Below are positions 30,071-49,497 of a stretch of 64,000 nt of DNA, piece after piece (positions within the stretch are counted from its first letter, which is position 1; each line of letters starts with the position of its first letter). Position numbers and translations under genes: made by a program. Source of the stretch: the human T2T-CHM13v2.0 reference genome, Homo sapiens; the NCBI RefSeq assembly GCF_009914755.1, contig NC_060940.1; one strand, given 5' to 3'. Below the pieces are notes generated by a model. The model did no database searches and was not told where the DNA came from. It was given only the letters and a program-made list of their open reading frames with translations.

Positions 30071-30400
30071 GGGCCCCTGATTGTCTGAAGGTTGCGCTGG
30101 CACGCGCAACTTCCGGGACAGAGGCTGTGGCTGGAAGGAGCTGGGCATCCGGCCTGAGGCGCAGCGGTCGCGTTAGTTCGGCCCAATGGCGGCACCGCTG
30201 CTTCACACGCGTTTGCCGGGAGATGCGGCCGCTTCGCCCTCTGCAGTCAAGATGCTGGGCGCGTCGAGGACTGGGTAAGATTCAGGCCGCTTCCTTCTGT
30301 GCGTCTGGGACCAAAGCTCAGGACCGCTCTTAGAGGAGCAGATTGAAAGGATGTGGGGCAAAGCTAATGGCGTGTGATAGGAGCACGGGGTCGAGGGTCA
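30071..30400 (+). promoter_or_regulatory. RRN3-derived CpG-rich promoter and 5'UTR with an ETS-type ACTTCCGG motif (30109-30116)
   Basis: CpG-rich stretch around RRN3 exon 1; motif read directly. Confidence 0.65.
30186..30274 (+). CDS. RRN3P2: RRN3 paralog exon 1 (MAAPLLHTRLPGDAAASPSAVKMLGASRT)
   Basis: ATG at 30186, GG|gtaaga donor, 89 bp. Confidence 0.92.
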
Positions 30401-31808
30401 TCTCACGTTCACAGAAATGAGCTCATTCCTCCTAACTGGGTAATAGACATGGGTGGGGCCTGGAAAAGTGAGTATGTTCTCTGTTCTGGAGGCCCCCTTT
30501 CCCGACTGTGTCTCTTCGTGATTTCCCAGGCCTGGGTACTGCCTTCTGCGCCTTGACCCCTCTTCCTTCCCTCTTCTTCGTCCAAATTTGGAAGGGATTT
30601 CCCTGGGCTATGTGGGTTATCAGCCGAACGTTGTCACTCATGGCAAATTGAATATTACATCTTTTTTGTTTGAAATTTGTTTCGACACACGTATTTGTTT
30701 AGCAGTCTTTATTTTGCTCCACTTTTAAAATCCCTAACCCCATAGCACTCTTGGCGTTTAACTTTCAGAGTCATTAGGATGCTATGTTTTTTCATTAATT
30801 TACTACGTGTAAGTGAAGCAAACCTTGTAAAACAATTAGCGTAATATGATTCATAATGTTTATCGAGCTCCTGCTTACTGTGTTAAACACTGGCGACAGT
30901 GGTTTATCCAAAGACACTAATGTCCCTGCTTTCTACAGAGCTTACAGCATATTGGGGGGAAGGCAGTACATAGGCCAATAAATAAACGAACACGATGATT
31001 TCAGTTATACAACAAGGTAATGGGGGAGGGAGAAGGGAGAGAAGGAGTGTTTGAGATTTCTCATTGGGAAGACATCTGTCATTTGAGCTTCTATTTGAAT
31101 GAAGACAAAAATCTAGGCCGGGCACGGTTGCTCACGCCTGTAATCCCAGCACTTTGGGAGGCTGAGGTGGGCGGATCACCTGAAGTCAGGAGTTCGAGAC
31201 CAGCCTGGCCAACATGCGAAACCTCGTCTCTACTGAAAATACAAAAATTAGCCGGGCGTGGTGGCAGGCTCCTGTAATCTCAGCTACTCAGGAGGCTGAG
31301 GCAGGAGAATTGCTTGAACCCGGGAGATGGAGGTTGCAGTTAAGCTGAGATCACACCACTGCACTCCAGCCTGGGCAGCAGAGCAAGACTCCATCTCAAA
31401 AAAAAAAAAAAATCCAGCCACATAGAGATTTGGGAAAAGAGTATTTCCAATAGAGTGAACAGTAAGTGAAATGAGAAACAGCTTGGCTTGTTTGAAGAGC
31501 AGAAAAGACATGATGGCTGTAGTAAAACAAGTTGTTGGAGATGAGGTGAGAGAGGTAGGCAGGGGCCAGATTAATGTAGGATCTTAAAGACCACACTGAG
31601 AGATTTGGATTTTTACTGTAAGTGCAGTGGGAAGACAGTTATTGGTTGCTGAGCAAAGGAGGGATTGTTGATTAAGAGTGGAAGCAGGGAGACCAGTAAA
31701 GAGGCCTTAACAATAGTTCCACTGAATTATGTTGGTTCAATAAAGGTTGGCTATTATAATTTTTATTATTTTCATGAACTTAATAGCTTGTTAATCTTGG
31801 TTCCACAG

Positions 31809-31914
31809 GATTTCAAATATGCGTGCATTAGAGAATGATTTTTTCAATTCTCCCCCAAGAAAAACTGTTCAGTTTGGTGGAACTGTGACAGAAGTCTTGC
31901 TGAAGTACAAAACG
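31809..31914 (+). CDS. RRN3P2: RRN3 paralog exon 2 (ISNMRALENDFFNSPPRKTVQFGGTVTEVLLKYKT)
   Basis: cacag / gtaaga, 106 bp. Confidence 0.92.
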
Positions 31915-32189
31915 GTAAGAGGAGATAATGTGTGAGGTTTGCTTTTGGTCAGGTCAGAATACAACTATTGCTGTTATACTAAAGACCAATAGAAATAGCA
32001 AGATTAATTAAGATACCAGTTGAAATCAAATATTTAATAATAGCATGATGCCATCAGTGCAAAATTAGAGTAATAGTGTCCTTTTTTTTCCCCCACCTTG
32101 GCCCATTTCACAGGTAATAATGAGAGAGTAATAATGTCTTTACTGAGGTTTCACCTCTTCAAATGCTTTATTTACAAAGCATCTTTTAA

Positions 32190-32351
<162 letters not shown>

Positions 32352-33053
32352 TGAATAGCTAGGGTTACAGGCATGCACCACCACACCTGGCTAATTTTTT
32401 AATTTTTTTAATAGAGACGGGGTTTCACCATGTTGGCCAGGCTGGTCTCGAACTCCTGAGCTTGTAATCCACCCGCCTTGGCCTCCCAAAGTGCTGAGAT
32501 TACAGACGTGAGCCACCATGCCTGGCCTACAGCATTTTATTTTTTGAGGAACTTACCTAAGCATTACTTTGGGACAGTAAACCGGTTCTCTGAATAGGGA
32601 TTTTTGTTTTTGTGGTAGGTTAGAAGCATTTCTACTATATCTCAGCAGTAGAGGGAAAATGTTAAGTAACCGTATGTTTATATGTAATATCCATTTGTAT
32701 CCATATTTGAGTAAATACTTTTTTAGATCCTCCTGAATTAGATCATTATAGCTGGCTGTTTTTTTTCCCTCATGCTTTTTGAGAATTCGCAGGAGTATCA
32801 ACTATTATATTCAAATGTCAATACAGAAGTATAGCTAAATGTAGTTTATCATTTTCCTTTTTCCAAGCCCTCTGGCTGCACTAACATGAGTGTTTAAATT
32901 TTTGTAGTCATGATTTTATAATCCGCAATTGACATGTGAAAGTTAGTGTTCCTTTTATAATTTCATCTGATGTTAAAGTACGGTTAAAAGTCTTGCTGTT
33001 GATACTAAACAGGAAACAAAAGCATAACTTAATTATTTCCCCTTCTTGTTAAG

Positions 33054-33110
33054 GGTGAAACAAATGACTTTGAGTTGTTGAAGAACCAGCTGTTAGATCC
33101 AGACATAAAG
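33054..33110 (+). CDS. RRN3P2: RRN3 paralog exon 3 (GETNDFELLKNQLLDPDIK)
   Basis: ttaag / gtaatt, 57 bp. Confidence 0.92.
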
Positions 33111-33234
33111 GTAATTAATTTTGTGTTTGATCATTAGCAAAATTATTGCCACTTTATACAGACATAGTTTGCTCTTTGGGTCCCATTCTGTTCTGCAGAA
33201 CTTGCTCTCTCCATGGTCCTCCCTTACTTTAATC

Positions 33235-33449
33235 TGGTGGTTCTCAACCAGGGACAGTTTTACCCCCTAGAAGACATTTGGTGATGGCTGCAGATATTTT
33301 TGTCACAATTGGGAGGAAAGGGTGCTACTGGCATTTAGTGGGTGAATGACAGAGATGCTGCTAAACATCTCACAGTGCACAGGGCAGCCTCCCATAACCA
33401 AGAGTGATCCAGCCCCAAATGACAACAGTGTTGAGGCTGGGAAACCCTG
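33235..33449 (+). mobile_element. MER20 DNA transposon relic
   Basis: ggtggttctcaacc...gacatttgg...tgtcacaa...gaaaccctg matches the recalled MER20 layout. Confidence 0.7.
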
Positions 33450-34186
33450 CTCTAATGCTTCCTTTCTATTAGATTACTACCTCTTTCCTCCATGCTGCAT
33501 GCAACTCTTTTGTCTCTTTAAAGCTAAAACAAACCAAAAAAAAAAAAAAAAACCACTGTTTCAGCATTTCCAGGTTCGAGATACACCTATCATGTAGTAA
33601 AACCTTAATACATTTTGTTTCACCATTCTTCCTTTACTGCCCAGTTTTGAAGAGAATGGTTTATTACCATGGCAGTGGTAGTTAGATTGCCTGGAATGAA
33701 ATTCCAATTTTATTATCCAGTGTGTGATCTTGAGCAAATTGTTTTAACCTCTCTGCCTCTATTTTCCACTGTGTGAAACCAAGAAAACAATAGAGATTTA
33801 AAAAATATGGAGTGTTTTGTTTTTTAAGAGATGTGGTCTTGCTGTGTTGCTCTAGCTATTCACAGGTGTGATCATATTGCCCTACAGCCTTGAACTCCTG
33901 GCCTCAAATGATCCTTTCTCTTCAGCCTTCTAAAAAGCTGGGACTATAGGTGCATGCCACTGTGCCTGGCTTTAAACATGGAAATACTTAACAAGGATTC
34001 AATGAGCTAATATGCAAGAAGCACTTAGAACAGTCTCTGACTCAAAGTAAGGGCAGTAATTGTCATCTGTTGTTTTTGTTCCAGCTGACTGCGCTGTATC
34101 ATTTCTCACTCACATTTAAGTCCACTGTTCTTATCACTGTAGTAATTACCCTGACAGGTTACCCATGTTTTTTTTTTACATGCTGA

Positions 34187-34800
<614 letters not shown>

Positions 34801-35231
34801 TAGCCAGGATGGTCTCGATCTTCTGACCTCGTGATCCGCCCGCCTTGGACTCCCAAAGTGCTAGGATTAGAGGTGTGAGCCACCACACCCGGCCAGTGAT
34901 CCTTTAAGCTCTAGTATCTCTCGATAGGTTCTTGATCTTAAATTTGGTGTTGATTAGGCTTCAAAACTTGACTCTTTTCTCACTCTGTTGATTCTTCTGT
35001 GTGATCTCCTCATCTCCCTTCATGGCTTTGAAATCTACCTGTGTCCTAATATATTTGTGTCTGTAGCCAAGATTGCTCTTGTGGGCTCCAGACTTATTTC
35101 ATTTTCATTTTTGGGGACGGGCAGAACAGAGTCTTGCTCTGTCACCTAGGCTGTAGTGTAGTGGGATGATCTTGGCTCACTGCAACCTCTGCCTCCTGGG
35201 TTCAAGCCATCCTCCCACCTCAGCCTCCTGA

Positions 35232-35405
<174 letters not shown>

Positions 35406-36101
35406 TAACTGTCTGTTAGATGCATTTACCCAGAATCATCATAGATGCTCCAAACTTAGCATGTCCACTCTTGGCTGGGCTCCATCTTTCATGGAGCTTT
35501 CCCTGGTTCTCTCTAAGCACATGGTTGTTCCTTCATTGAGTCCATTTCCCACACTTCCAGATCTCTCTAGTTACAGATCTGGTTTACAAGGCCCTCCATG
35601 GTCTATTTGGTGCTTCTTTGTTCCCCAGATTTATTATCTGTTGGCTTGGTCACTATACATGCCAGCCATACTGAACGTTTTTCAGTTTTCTGAAAACATA
35701 CTTTTCCTTCTGTAAGAAGCAGAACTTCCAGAAAAGACTCAACTGTGTTACTGTTTAAAGACAGCTGAAGCATCACTTTCTCTTTAAAGCTTTTCCTGAC
35801 CCCTGCCTTCTTTCCCAGATACAAAGGGACATTTTCTTTGTGTTCCACTGTATTTTGTATCAGCAGTTCTCATTCTTGGTATTTTGACATACCAAGAATT
35901 GCACTAGTTGTGTGGAGTGTTGCAAGTAGAACTTTTTTCGTCTTGAGACAGGGTCTCGCTGTGTCACCCAGGCTGGAGTGTAATGGGCCCGATCATGGCT
36001 CACTGCAGCCTCAACCTCCCAGGCTCAAGCAATCTTCCCACCTCAGGCTCCCGAGCACCTGGGACCACAAGCATGAGCTACCATGCCTGGCTAATTTTTC
36101 T

Positions 36102-37732
<1,631 letters not shown>

Positions 37733-39596
37733 CTAATTTTTCTAGAGACGAAGTCTCCCTATGTTGCCCAGGCTGGTCTCAAATTCCTGGGCTCAAGCAG
37801 TCTCCTCCTGCCTTGGCCTCCCAAAAGTGCTGGGATTACAGGCATGAGCCACTGTTCCTGCCTGCTAGTAGAAATAATAATAGTTCAGTACTAAAGCATC
37901 AAAGTCTGCAACTGATTTACTTTTTTTTTTTCTTTTTGAGACAGAGTTTTGTTCTTGTTGCCCAGGCTGGAGTGCAATGGCATGATCTTGGCTCACTGCA
38001 ACCTCTGCCTCCGAGTTTTTTAAGCAATTCTCCTGCCTCAGCCTCCTGAGTAGCTGGGATTATGGGCATGCACCACCACGCCCAGCTAATTTTGTATTTT
38101 TAGTCGAGACGGGGTTTCTCCATGTTGGTTAGGCTCGTCTCGAACTCCAAACCTCAGGTGATCCACCCACCTCGGCCTCCCAAAGTGTTGGGATTACAGG
38201 TGTGAGCCACCACGCCCAGCCTGATTTACTTTTAAAAATGGTACAGTTTAAATGTTATCCTTATAGTTTTGTTGCAGTCTTTTTAGTGGAAAAGAGATAG
38301 GATAGATTATTTTATTTACACACTAACTTAGCTTGTTTTCTACATGCTTTTGGCCTTAGTGAGCTACCGTTAATGTTATCCTTAACAGTTTTGGACATAT
38401 GAAATTACCATAGTACAAATGAGTTGTGGTTTTACTTTATTTTACTGCCAGGCTACTTGGGATTTCATCAGAAAATGGTTGATCTGTGGGAGTTTGACAC
38501 ATGGATATGGCATAGTAAGCACTCAGTAGCTGAATTAAGGTGGGGAAAAGGGGACAGCTTCTTCTCCGCATATAGGGAGGCATGTGGGATGGTGGATGGA
38601 GGATAGCCTTGACCGAGACAGATGGGTTTGGACCTGCTTCTTTACTGGCCTCTTGGTAGGGTAGATTGCTTATTAATCATTCTTAGCCTCAGCTTCCTGA
38701 ACAGCAAAATGGGAATAACTAAACATCTTGCAGAATTTTTAGGATTAGAAGAAGATATATATGCGGAGTGTCAGGCACCATGCCTGGCATATGGTGTATT
38801 CTCACTAAATGATAACTCCATATGAATATCCCTGTAGGTATGACCTTGTGTTGCTTTTATTTATATGTCTAAGCCTTCCACAAATTAGGGGCTTTTTCTT
38901 AATGGTTTTTTTCCTGTGCAGTATGTATGCATGAATATAATTAATATAGTAATATTTTACATAATTGACACTGTATTTTATACCTTGTGTTTCAAATTTA
39001 GCAGTTCTTCTCATGTCACTAACAATTACTATGAACAGTAATTTGATTGCCTGAAAAATATTTCATGGAGGAATGGGGCTATCATTTATACAGAACAAAC
39101 ACATCATAATATATTTAAACTCAGCCACAGATTTGGTTTAGAAAAGTTATGTTTATTCATGATCCCAATTGATCAGCCTAGACTGAATTTTATCAGCATG
39201 CTTCCTGGTCAGCTTGAATATAGAGGAAATAGAGGTAGCTATTGTTCCTTTGTGATCTTCTAATATTTCAATCTGCTAGAATTCTGCAGTTTTTAAAAGT
39301 CCCAGGTGTCAACATTTGAGGTGATTTCGCTTTTTCAGGGCAAACAAAAGTGATCAGGCTGAAGTATTGCATTTAAGTCTTTCTCCTGTGTATTAGAGTT
39401 ACTAGATTACTTTCTTAAAACAATTAAGTTTATTGTGACATCTTTTTCTGTTTTAATACCCAGTTTTGATTTCCTTCCAAGTTTGTGACCTTTTCCCCCC
39501 AATCTATTCTTGATAAGTGATTGATATAAGATAGCTGTAAATTTCTGTTATCTTAGAGGATTTGTGATTTTGAAAGTACTCTTTGTTTAACTTAAG

Positions 39597-39686
39597 GATG
39601 ACCAGATCATCAACTGGCTGCTAGAATTCCGTTCTTCTATCATGTACTTGACAAAAGACTTTGAGCAACTTATCAGTATTATATTG
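39597..39686 (+). CDS. RRN3P2: RRN3 paralog exon 4 (DDQIINWLLEFRSSIMYLTKDFEQLISIIL)
   Basis: ttaag / gtaggt, 90 bp. Confidence 0.92.
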
Positions 39687-39792
39687 GTAGGTTCACCATT
39701 TATTTTACTGTCAAGTATGTAATTCAGAACTTTGGTAATAGTATATGTTATATTAATAACATGCTGCTTTTATCTTTCTTCCCCCACTCTAG

Positions 39793-39922
39793 AGATTGCC
39801 TTGGTTGAATAGAAGTCAAACAGTAGTGGAAGAGTATTTGGCTTTTCTTGGTAATCTTGTATCAGCACAGACTGTTTTCCTCAGACCGTGTCTCAGCATG
39901 ATTGCTTCCCATTTTGTGCCTC
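39793..39922 (+). CDS. RRN3P2: RRN3 paralog exon 5 (RLPWLNRSQTVVEEYLAF...SHFVP)
   Basis: ctag / gtaagt, 130 bp. Confidence 0.92.
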
Positions 39923-40370
39923 GTAAGTCATTACTCTTTGCTTGCTTGGAATTTTCTTTTCTTTTCTTTTTAATACTTCTTTATTAAAATACCACCTTCC
40001 CCTTATATATGAGAGACTGCTACCATGGAAGATTCCAGATGCATATTGGCACCAGGTCTGGTAGACATATATTCCCCGTAATGACCCCTATGGAGGTGTC
40101 TAGATTCATTTGTTGCTGTGAGTTTTATGAATTATAACTTGCTTTATTGAACTCCTGGTGAAATCTAGGAATTTTTAGCCGTTTAAAAACTATAAAGTTG
40201 CTTTACTTTTTTTCAGATTGTGCATTTAATTAATCATTGGGCTAACTTTGGATTATGGAAAAATAACTTTTTTTATAGCTGTTCATTGTCTAGGTCAATA
40301 ACTTTTTTTGTATAGCCATTCATTGTCTAGATCAATGACAGAACAACATATTTTCTTTTTCCCTCAAAAG

Positions 40371-40609
<239 letters not shown>

Positions 40610-40936
40610 TTAAAGTAGAACTAGGCAGGGTAGTGTGTGTCTTTAGTCACAGCTACCTGGGAGGCTTAAGTGGGTGGATTGCTTGAGCCCAGGAGTTCAA
40701 GCCCTGCCTGGTGGCAAGACACTGTCTTCTTTAAAAAAAAAAGGAAAGCACAGAATACCTGGCACCTATTCTAATAAGTAGACTGCAACAAATGACAACC
40801 TTTGATGTAATCTTTTTGTTATATTTACCATTGATATGCAGTCAGTTGTCCTGAATGCATTATTTATATAATTAGTCCATTTAATTTTCATTGATGCTGG
40901 TGGAGAAAAGTCTTGAAATTATTATTTCTCTGATAA

Positions 40937-41113
<177 letters not shown>

Positions 41114-41367
41114 TGAGTAGATGGGACTACAGGCATTTGCCACCATGGCCGGCTAATTTTTGTATTTTTAGTAGAGATGGGGTTTCACCATATTGGTCAG
41201 GTTGGTCTCGAACTCCTGACCTCAAGTGATCCACCCACCTCGGCCTCCCAAAGTGCCGGGATTACAGGCATGAGCCACTGTGCCCGGCCAGCATTTATTT
41301 TTAGCTTCAAGCGTGTCACCCTTCAGTTTTGTTTTGATGCTCATACTCTGAACTTTTCTCCTTTCAG

Positions 41368-41431
41368 ATCTTCCTGCAAATTTTGACACATGTCACAGAG
41401 CCTTGCAAATAATAGCAAGATATGTACCATT
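41368..41431 (+). CDS. RRN3P2: RRN3 paralog exon 7 (NLPANFDTCHRALQIIARYVP-L)
   Basis: ttcag / gtgagt, 64 bp. Confidence 0.92.
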
Positions 41432-42177
41432 GTGAGTATACTTTTCCTTATTTTGAATGTTTAATTCTCAAGAAAATTGTAATCAATTAGTAAAAATTAT
41501 AAAATGTTAATAGTATTAAAGCTTGAGTCTTACATTGCATGTTTTTTTTGTATCCACTTGAGGAAACATTACATTCTACAAAAAGTGGCATTTCCATTTT
41601 CTATTTATTCTCTTTAATTGTTTTTCAAAGTTTGTATGCAGATTCTCCCCCAATTTTGTATGGTGGTTGGAATTTTGTTTTTATCTTCAACAGATATGCT
41701 ATCCAAAATTTTTCAGTGAGAAACCCCTGGGTGTGTTTGTGTCATGCCATATGAATAAAAATTGCACTTCTAAGAAAAGCTTTTCAGGTTTGTGGGTTTC
41801 TTTTGGAGGGGTGGATTTCTAGTTCCCTCTGTCTGTTGATTATTTGTTAACTTAAAAAAATCCAACTTGATTATTTTTTCTTCTTTTAAAAATAATATAC
41901 ATGTGTAGTGGGAAATGTCAGCAAAAGTGCTATTATGTTTCTGTGGGAGAGAAGCTCCCTCTTCGATTTGCTGTTGATATCAGAGTTAACAGAAGCTTAT
42001 TTTCTCTAAGTCGTTACAGACTTTCTCAGAAGCTAAACATTGTAAGTTCCAGTTCTGGCCGGGCGCGGTGGCTCACACCTGTAATCCCAGCACTTTGGGA
42101 GGCTGAGGCGGGTGGATCACCTGAGGTCGGGAGTTCGAGACTAGCCTGACCAACATGGAGAAACCCCGTCTCTACTA

Positions 42178-42336
<159 letters not shown>

Positions 42337-42489
42337 TCAAAAAACAAAAAAAGTTCCAGTTCTTTGAGGTAGGGGTTCCTGTTTGCCTCCTATGTCTATC
42401 GATATTTGCTTTTAGAATGGTAGTTTTCCTTTTTATTCCTTTTCTAGAAAGTAAAGTTAACATGGATTGATTTAATTTTTTAAAAATAG

Positions 42490-42559
42490 GACACCGTGGT
42501 TTCTCATGCCAATACTGGTGGAAAAATTTCCATTTGTTCGAAAATCAGAGAGAACACTG
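42490..42559 (+). CDS. RRN3P2: RRN3 paralog exon 8 (TPWFLMPILVEKFPFVRKSERTL)
   Basis: atag / gtaaga, 70 bp. Confidence 0.92.
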
Positions 42560-42563
42560 GTAA

Positions 42564-42985
<422 letters not shown>

Positions 42986-43365
42986 TAGACTTTAAGCTGA
43001 TGTCTAAGAATTTGACTCAGATTCCTTTCTTATAAAGCGGCTATTGGGGATTCCCAGTGCCTTTTTCTGTTATTACTATGTGCAAGTCAAGGTCTGAGTT
43101 CATTTCAGGAATATCTGTAGTGGCTTTATGCTCATACGGGCAAGAATTACTAGAAGATAATAGTTCATGTATTACTAATTGTGAACATGCCTTATTTTAA
43201 CCTGAAAACAAAGCCTTCCATAGAAGAATTCTGCTTAAGTTTTTGTACAATGTTCAGATCATCTGTGCAGTTTTTAATAATTAATAGTGGTTGCCTTAGT
43301 AGAAAACCGAATCTAGTAGCATACAAAAAGAATTATGTACCATGACCAAGTGCGACTGATGTTAG

Positions 43366-43689
<324 letters not shown>

Positions 43690-43709
43690 TAGTACCTGAA
43701 AATGAATTA

Positions 43710-45670
43710 ATAAAATATTTTGTAGCAATAGAACAAAGGACAAAAACCACATAATTATCTCAGTAGATGCAGAAGTGTGTGACAAACACCAATATCCTTT
43801 TATGAGAAAAACAGAAGGAAATTTTCTCAACCTGATAAAGGGCATCTGAAAAACCCACAGCTAACATCATATTCAGTGGTGAAAGACCAAAAGTTTTTTC
43901 CTAAGACAAAGAACAAAACAAGGATGTCTGCTCTTGCTGCTTGTCTAGCCAAAGCAGTTAGGCAAGAAAAAGAATTAAAAGCATCCAGATGGAAAGGAAG
44001 GCGTAAACTCTCTTTTGCATGGTGATTTTATATGTCATCCTAAGGAGTTTACACACACACAAGAAATTTTAGAGATAATAAATGAGTTCAGCATGGTTAC
44101 GGGACAGAAGACTAACATACACTAACCAGTTGTTCAAGACAATTGAATAGGGGAGAATAGTCATTTCAACAAATGCTGCTGGCAGAAGTGGATATGAACA
44201 TGCAAAAGAGTGAAGCATATGGATATCCATATACAAAAATGAACTCAATAAAAGCCCTACATGAAGTGTAAAAACTGTAAAACTCTGAGAAGAAAACGAG
44301 TACATTTTCATAATGTTGGATTAGGCAGTAATTTCCAGATTTGATGCCTAAGCACAAGCAACCAAAGAAAAAATGCATCAATTGTACTTCAAAATTAAAT
44401 GTTGTTATGCTTCATAGGACATCTTCAAGAAGATGAAAAGAATCCCCAAATAATGGGAGGAAATATTTCTAAATTTTATGTCTGGTAATGGACTTGTATA
44501 TGTAAAGAACTCTTATAATTGAATAATAAAAGGGCAAATAGCCCAACTGAAGTGGGCAAAGGATCTGAATAGGCATTTCTGCAAAAAAAGCACATGAAAA
44601 GAAGCTCAACATCATTAGCCATCAGGGAAATGATTTCACTTCATGCCCACAAGGATGGCTATAATCAGAACGAGAAGACAGTAACAAGTGTTCACAAGGA
44701 TATGGAGAAATGGGAACGTTGGAACTGTCATATGTTGCTGTGAGAATGTAAAATGGTGCAGCCGTTTTGGAAAATAGCCTGGCATTTCTTCAAGTTTAAA
44801 TGTAGAATTAACACGTGACTCAGCAGTTCCATTTCTGGGTTTATACCCAAGAGAAATGAAAATATATGTCCACAGAAAAACTTGTACATGGATGTTCATA
44901 GCAGCATCATCCATAATAGCCTCAAGTAGAAGCAACTCAAATGTCTGTCAACTGATGAACAGATGACAAAACATGGTACAATGGAATATTACTCAGCAAT
45001 GAAAAGGAATGCTTTATATGTTACAACATGATTGAACCCTAAAAACATGCCACAAACTGTGTATGACTCCATTGATATGAGAGGAATGGTTTACATGTTA
45101 CAACATGATTGAACCCTAAAAACATGTATTATATGACTCCATTTATATGAAATGTCTCAAAGAGGCAGATTCATAGAAAGACTAGTGGTTGGCAAGGTCT
45201 TCATTTTTTAGGGGTGCACTAATGGATGTAGGATTTATTTTTAGAGTGATTAAAATGTTACAAAATTGCTGGCTGGGTGCAGTGGCTTATGCCCATAATC
45301 ACAGCACTTTGGGAGGCTGAAGTGGGAAGATCCAGGAGTTGAAGACCAGCCTGGGCAACATAGTGAGAAAATGTCTCTCTAAAAGGAAGAATTAACCTCA
45401 TGTGGTGGTGTGCACCTGTAGTTCTAGCTACTAGGGAGGCTGAGGAGGAAGGATTGCTTATCCCGGGAATTCAGGGTTGCAGTGAACTATGATTGCACCA
45501 CTGTACCCCATCCTGAGAGAGAGAGCAAGACCCTGTCTCTAAAAGAAAAATAAATGTTCTGAAATTGATTATGTTGATGGTCACATAACTGAATATATTA
45601 AAAACTTAAATTGTATACTTTAAGTTGGTGATCGTATAATATATGAGTTTTATCAATACAGCTACTTAAA
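43710..45670 (+). mobile_element. Degraded L1MB-type element (ORF2 3' part and 3'UTR), interrupted by an Alu
   Basis: aaaaaccacataattatctcagtagatgcagaa and tatacccaagagaaatgaaaatatatgtccac are L1 motifs; antisense L1-like peptide in ORF 44636..44935. Confidence 0.75.
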
Positions 45671-45895
45671 AACCTATAGTTATGCAAATTAAAAATTTCA
45701 TTTACTGGGGATAATTGAAATGATTATACCGAACATAATACATGTAGAAACAGTATAGTTTTTGTATTGCTGGATAGTCTGTTTTTTTCTTTTTAAATAT
45801 TTGAAACTAAAGGTCATGTAATTGATGTTTTTCTTACATAACTGTGAAACATTTATTCTCTGTTGAAATGTTTTATCTTACGTTTTCTCCTTTAG

Positions 45896-45994
45896 GAATG
45901 TTACGTTCATAACTTACTAAGGATTAGTGTATATTTTCCAACCTTGAGGCATGAAATTCTGGAGCTTATTATTGAAAAACTACTCAAGTTGGAT
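45896..45994 (+). CDS. RRN3P2: RRN3 paralog exon 9 (ECYVHNLLRISVYFPTLRHEILELIIEKLLKLD)
   Basis: tttag / gtaagt, 99 bp. Confidence 0.92.
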
Positions 45995-46082
45995 GTAAGT
46001 ATTGAGTAATCTATTTTTATTTTCTTTTTTTTATTTTTTATTTTTTTTATTTTCGTTTACTGACTTGAATTTGTTATAATCA

Positions 46083-46517
<435 letters not shown>

Positions 46518-46989
46518 TCATGATTGGAGAACAAGGCGTTAAATACATAGTTATCCAAATGTAAAAGTATGGTTGTGGAAAATGCTATGAATGAAACATA
46601 CATTATGAGTTAGAGAATCTGATAGAATCACAGTGGGGTCAGGAAGGGATTCCTACGGAAGTGATTTTTCCTGTTTGGCCTTTCTTAAGGGCAGATTATA
46701 ATTATAAACAGTTAAAACTTTGTTTAAGGAGGCCTGCACTAAGGTGCAGTGGGAATGAAAGGAAGTGGTAGATTCTAGTGACATTGTGAGGAAAGGTGAA
46801 CTGGTCCTTGAGACTGGTTTGGAGGAGGGGAGGCAGACAGTAAGGGAAAGGAATCCTTCAATAGTTGCTGCCTGTGGAATCGAATCTTGGTGTTGCCATT
46901 AATGGTAGTTAGAAATATGAAGAGGAGGCCGGGTGTGGTGGCTCACGCATGTAATCCCAGCACTTTGGGAGGCCGAGGCGGGCGGATCA

Positions 46990-47290
<301 letters not shown>

Positions 47291-48126
47291 TTACTGGTGG
47301 GCAGCCTACCAGAGAATACTCACAGGCAGTCGTGGCTGCAGATGGGTACCTGAGCATAAACCTTTGGAAAGATGCAGTTTAGGACAGGGGAGGAGAAGGG
47401 TGATCAGAAGTATGGGGAAAACCAAGAGTCTGGATGCTCAGGAAGAATCCGCTGGAAGGAGGAGTTTGGTCAGCAGCATCAGATACTGCTGTCATTTTTT
47501 AGAAAGATGAAAAGAGCAACAGTCCTTGGATTTAGTGGTTAGAAGGTAGTCTTTGTTGCTTTCTGGAGGACCATGTCAGTGAAGACGCAGAAACTGCATT
47601 TCGGGAGAGGACGTGGATGGTGGGGAAGCAGAATTGGGGCTGTTGGAGACCTTGGTGCAGGGTTGTGGTGGAAGGAGGGGATGGAGCAGGGCTAAGAGGC
47701 GTGGTTTAGGAGTGGGGAGACGTGAGCAGGTTTGTGGACTGAGGGGAGAGGAGCTTTGGTGGAGGAAAACATTGATGCTATAGGAAAGCAGGAAGATGGA
47801 ACAAGGTCTTAGAAGAGCTGGAGCTTGGGCCCACTGGTGCAGTGCTCACTTGGAGTTGCACCTCTCTGGCCAACTGTATATGTACTTTTTATAGTCTTTC
47901 TCTGGCATATACTTAAGGAACATTTTAGAATGTTTACAAAGAAGGTCAAGCATAGTTAATAAAAAATGGCATGGTTTGAGTGGTATGTTAAGATATTTGA
48001 ATGGTGATATACCAAAATAAATATTGCATCATGCACATTTGGCTTGCAGTTCATCATTTTTCTGCTCAATTGATTGACGATATGTTTATTACACAATGTG
48101 TCTGTGAGTGTCTTGTGCATAGAGAT

Positions 48127-49110
<984 letters not shown>

Positions 49111-49404
49111 GAGCTAGAATAAATGTTGAATTTGTTGAGGCTACCTGACATAGAGCATCATGTGATAGTTGTCGATTTTATATAAGTATGTAGTAAAAGG
49201 GGCTTGGTTTATTATATTTAAATTCCTTCATGACCTAGGTCAGTTTACAGGCTTGCACCATAATTGTGTATTGTGTCGGGGTGTGATATAAGGCACTAAT
49301 CTGGACACCTTGAACGTGTGTATATCAGATGAATTTCCATCCCAAAATAACATAGTTGTATTTTTTAAATCCTTTTATTCTTTTTCTTCCCCCCTTTGTT
49401 ATAG

Positions 49405-49497
49405 GTGAATGCATCCCGGCAGGGTATTGAAGATGCTGAAGAAACAGCAAATCAAACTTGTGGTGGGACAGATTCCACGGAAGGATTGTGTAATATG
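49405..49497 (+). CDS. RRN3P2: RRN3 paralog exon 10 (VNASRQGIEDAEETANQTCGGTDSTEGLCNM)
   Basis: atag / gttagc, 93 bp, ends in phase 0. Confidence 0.92.
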
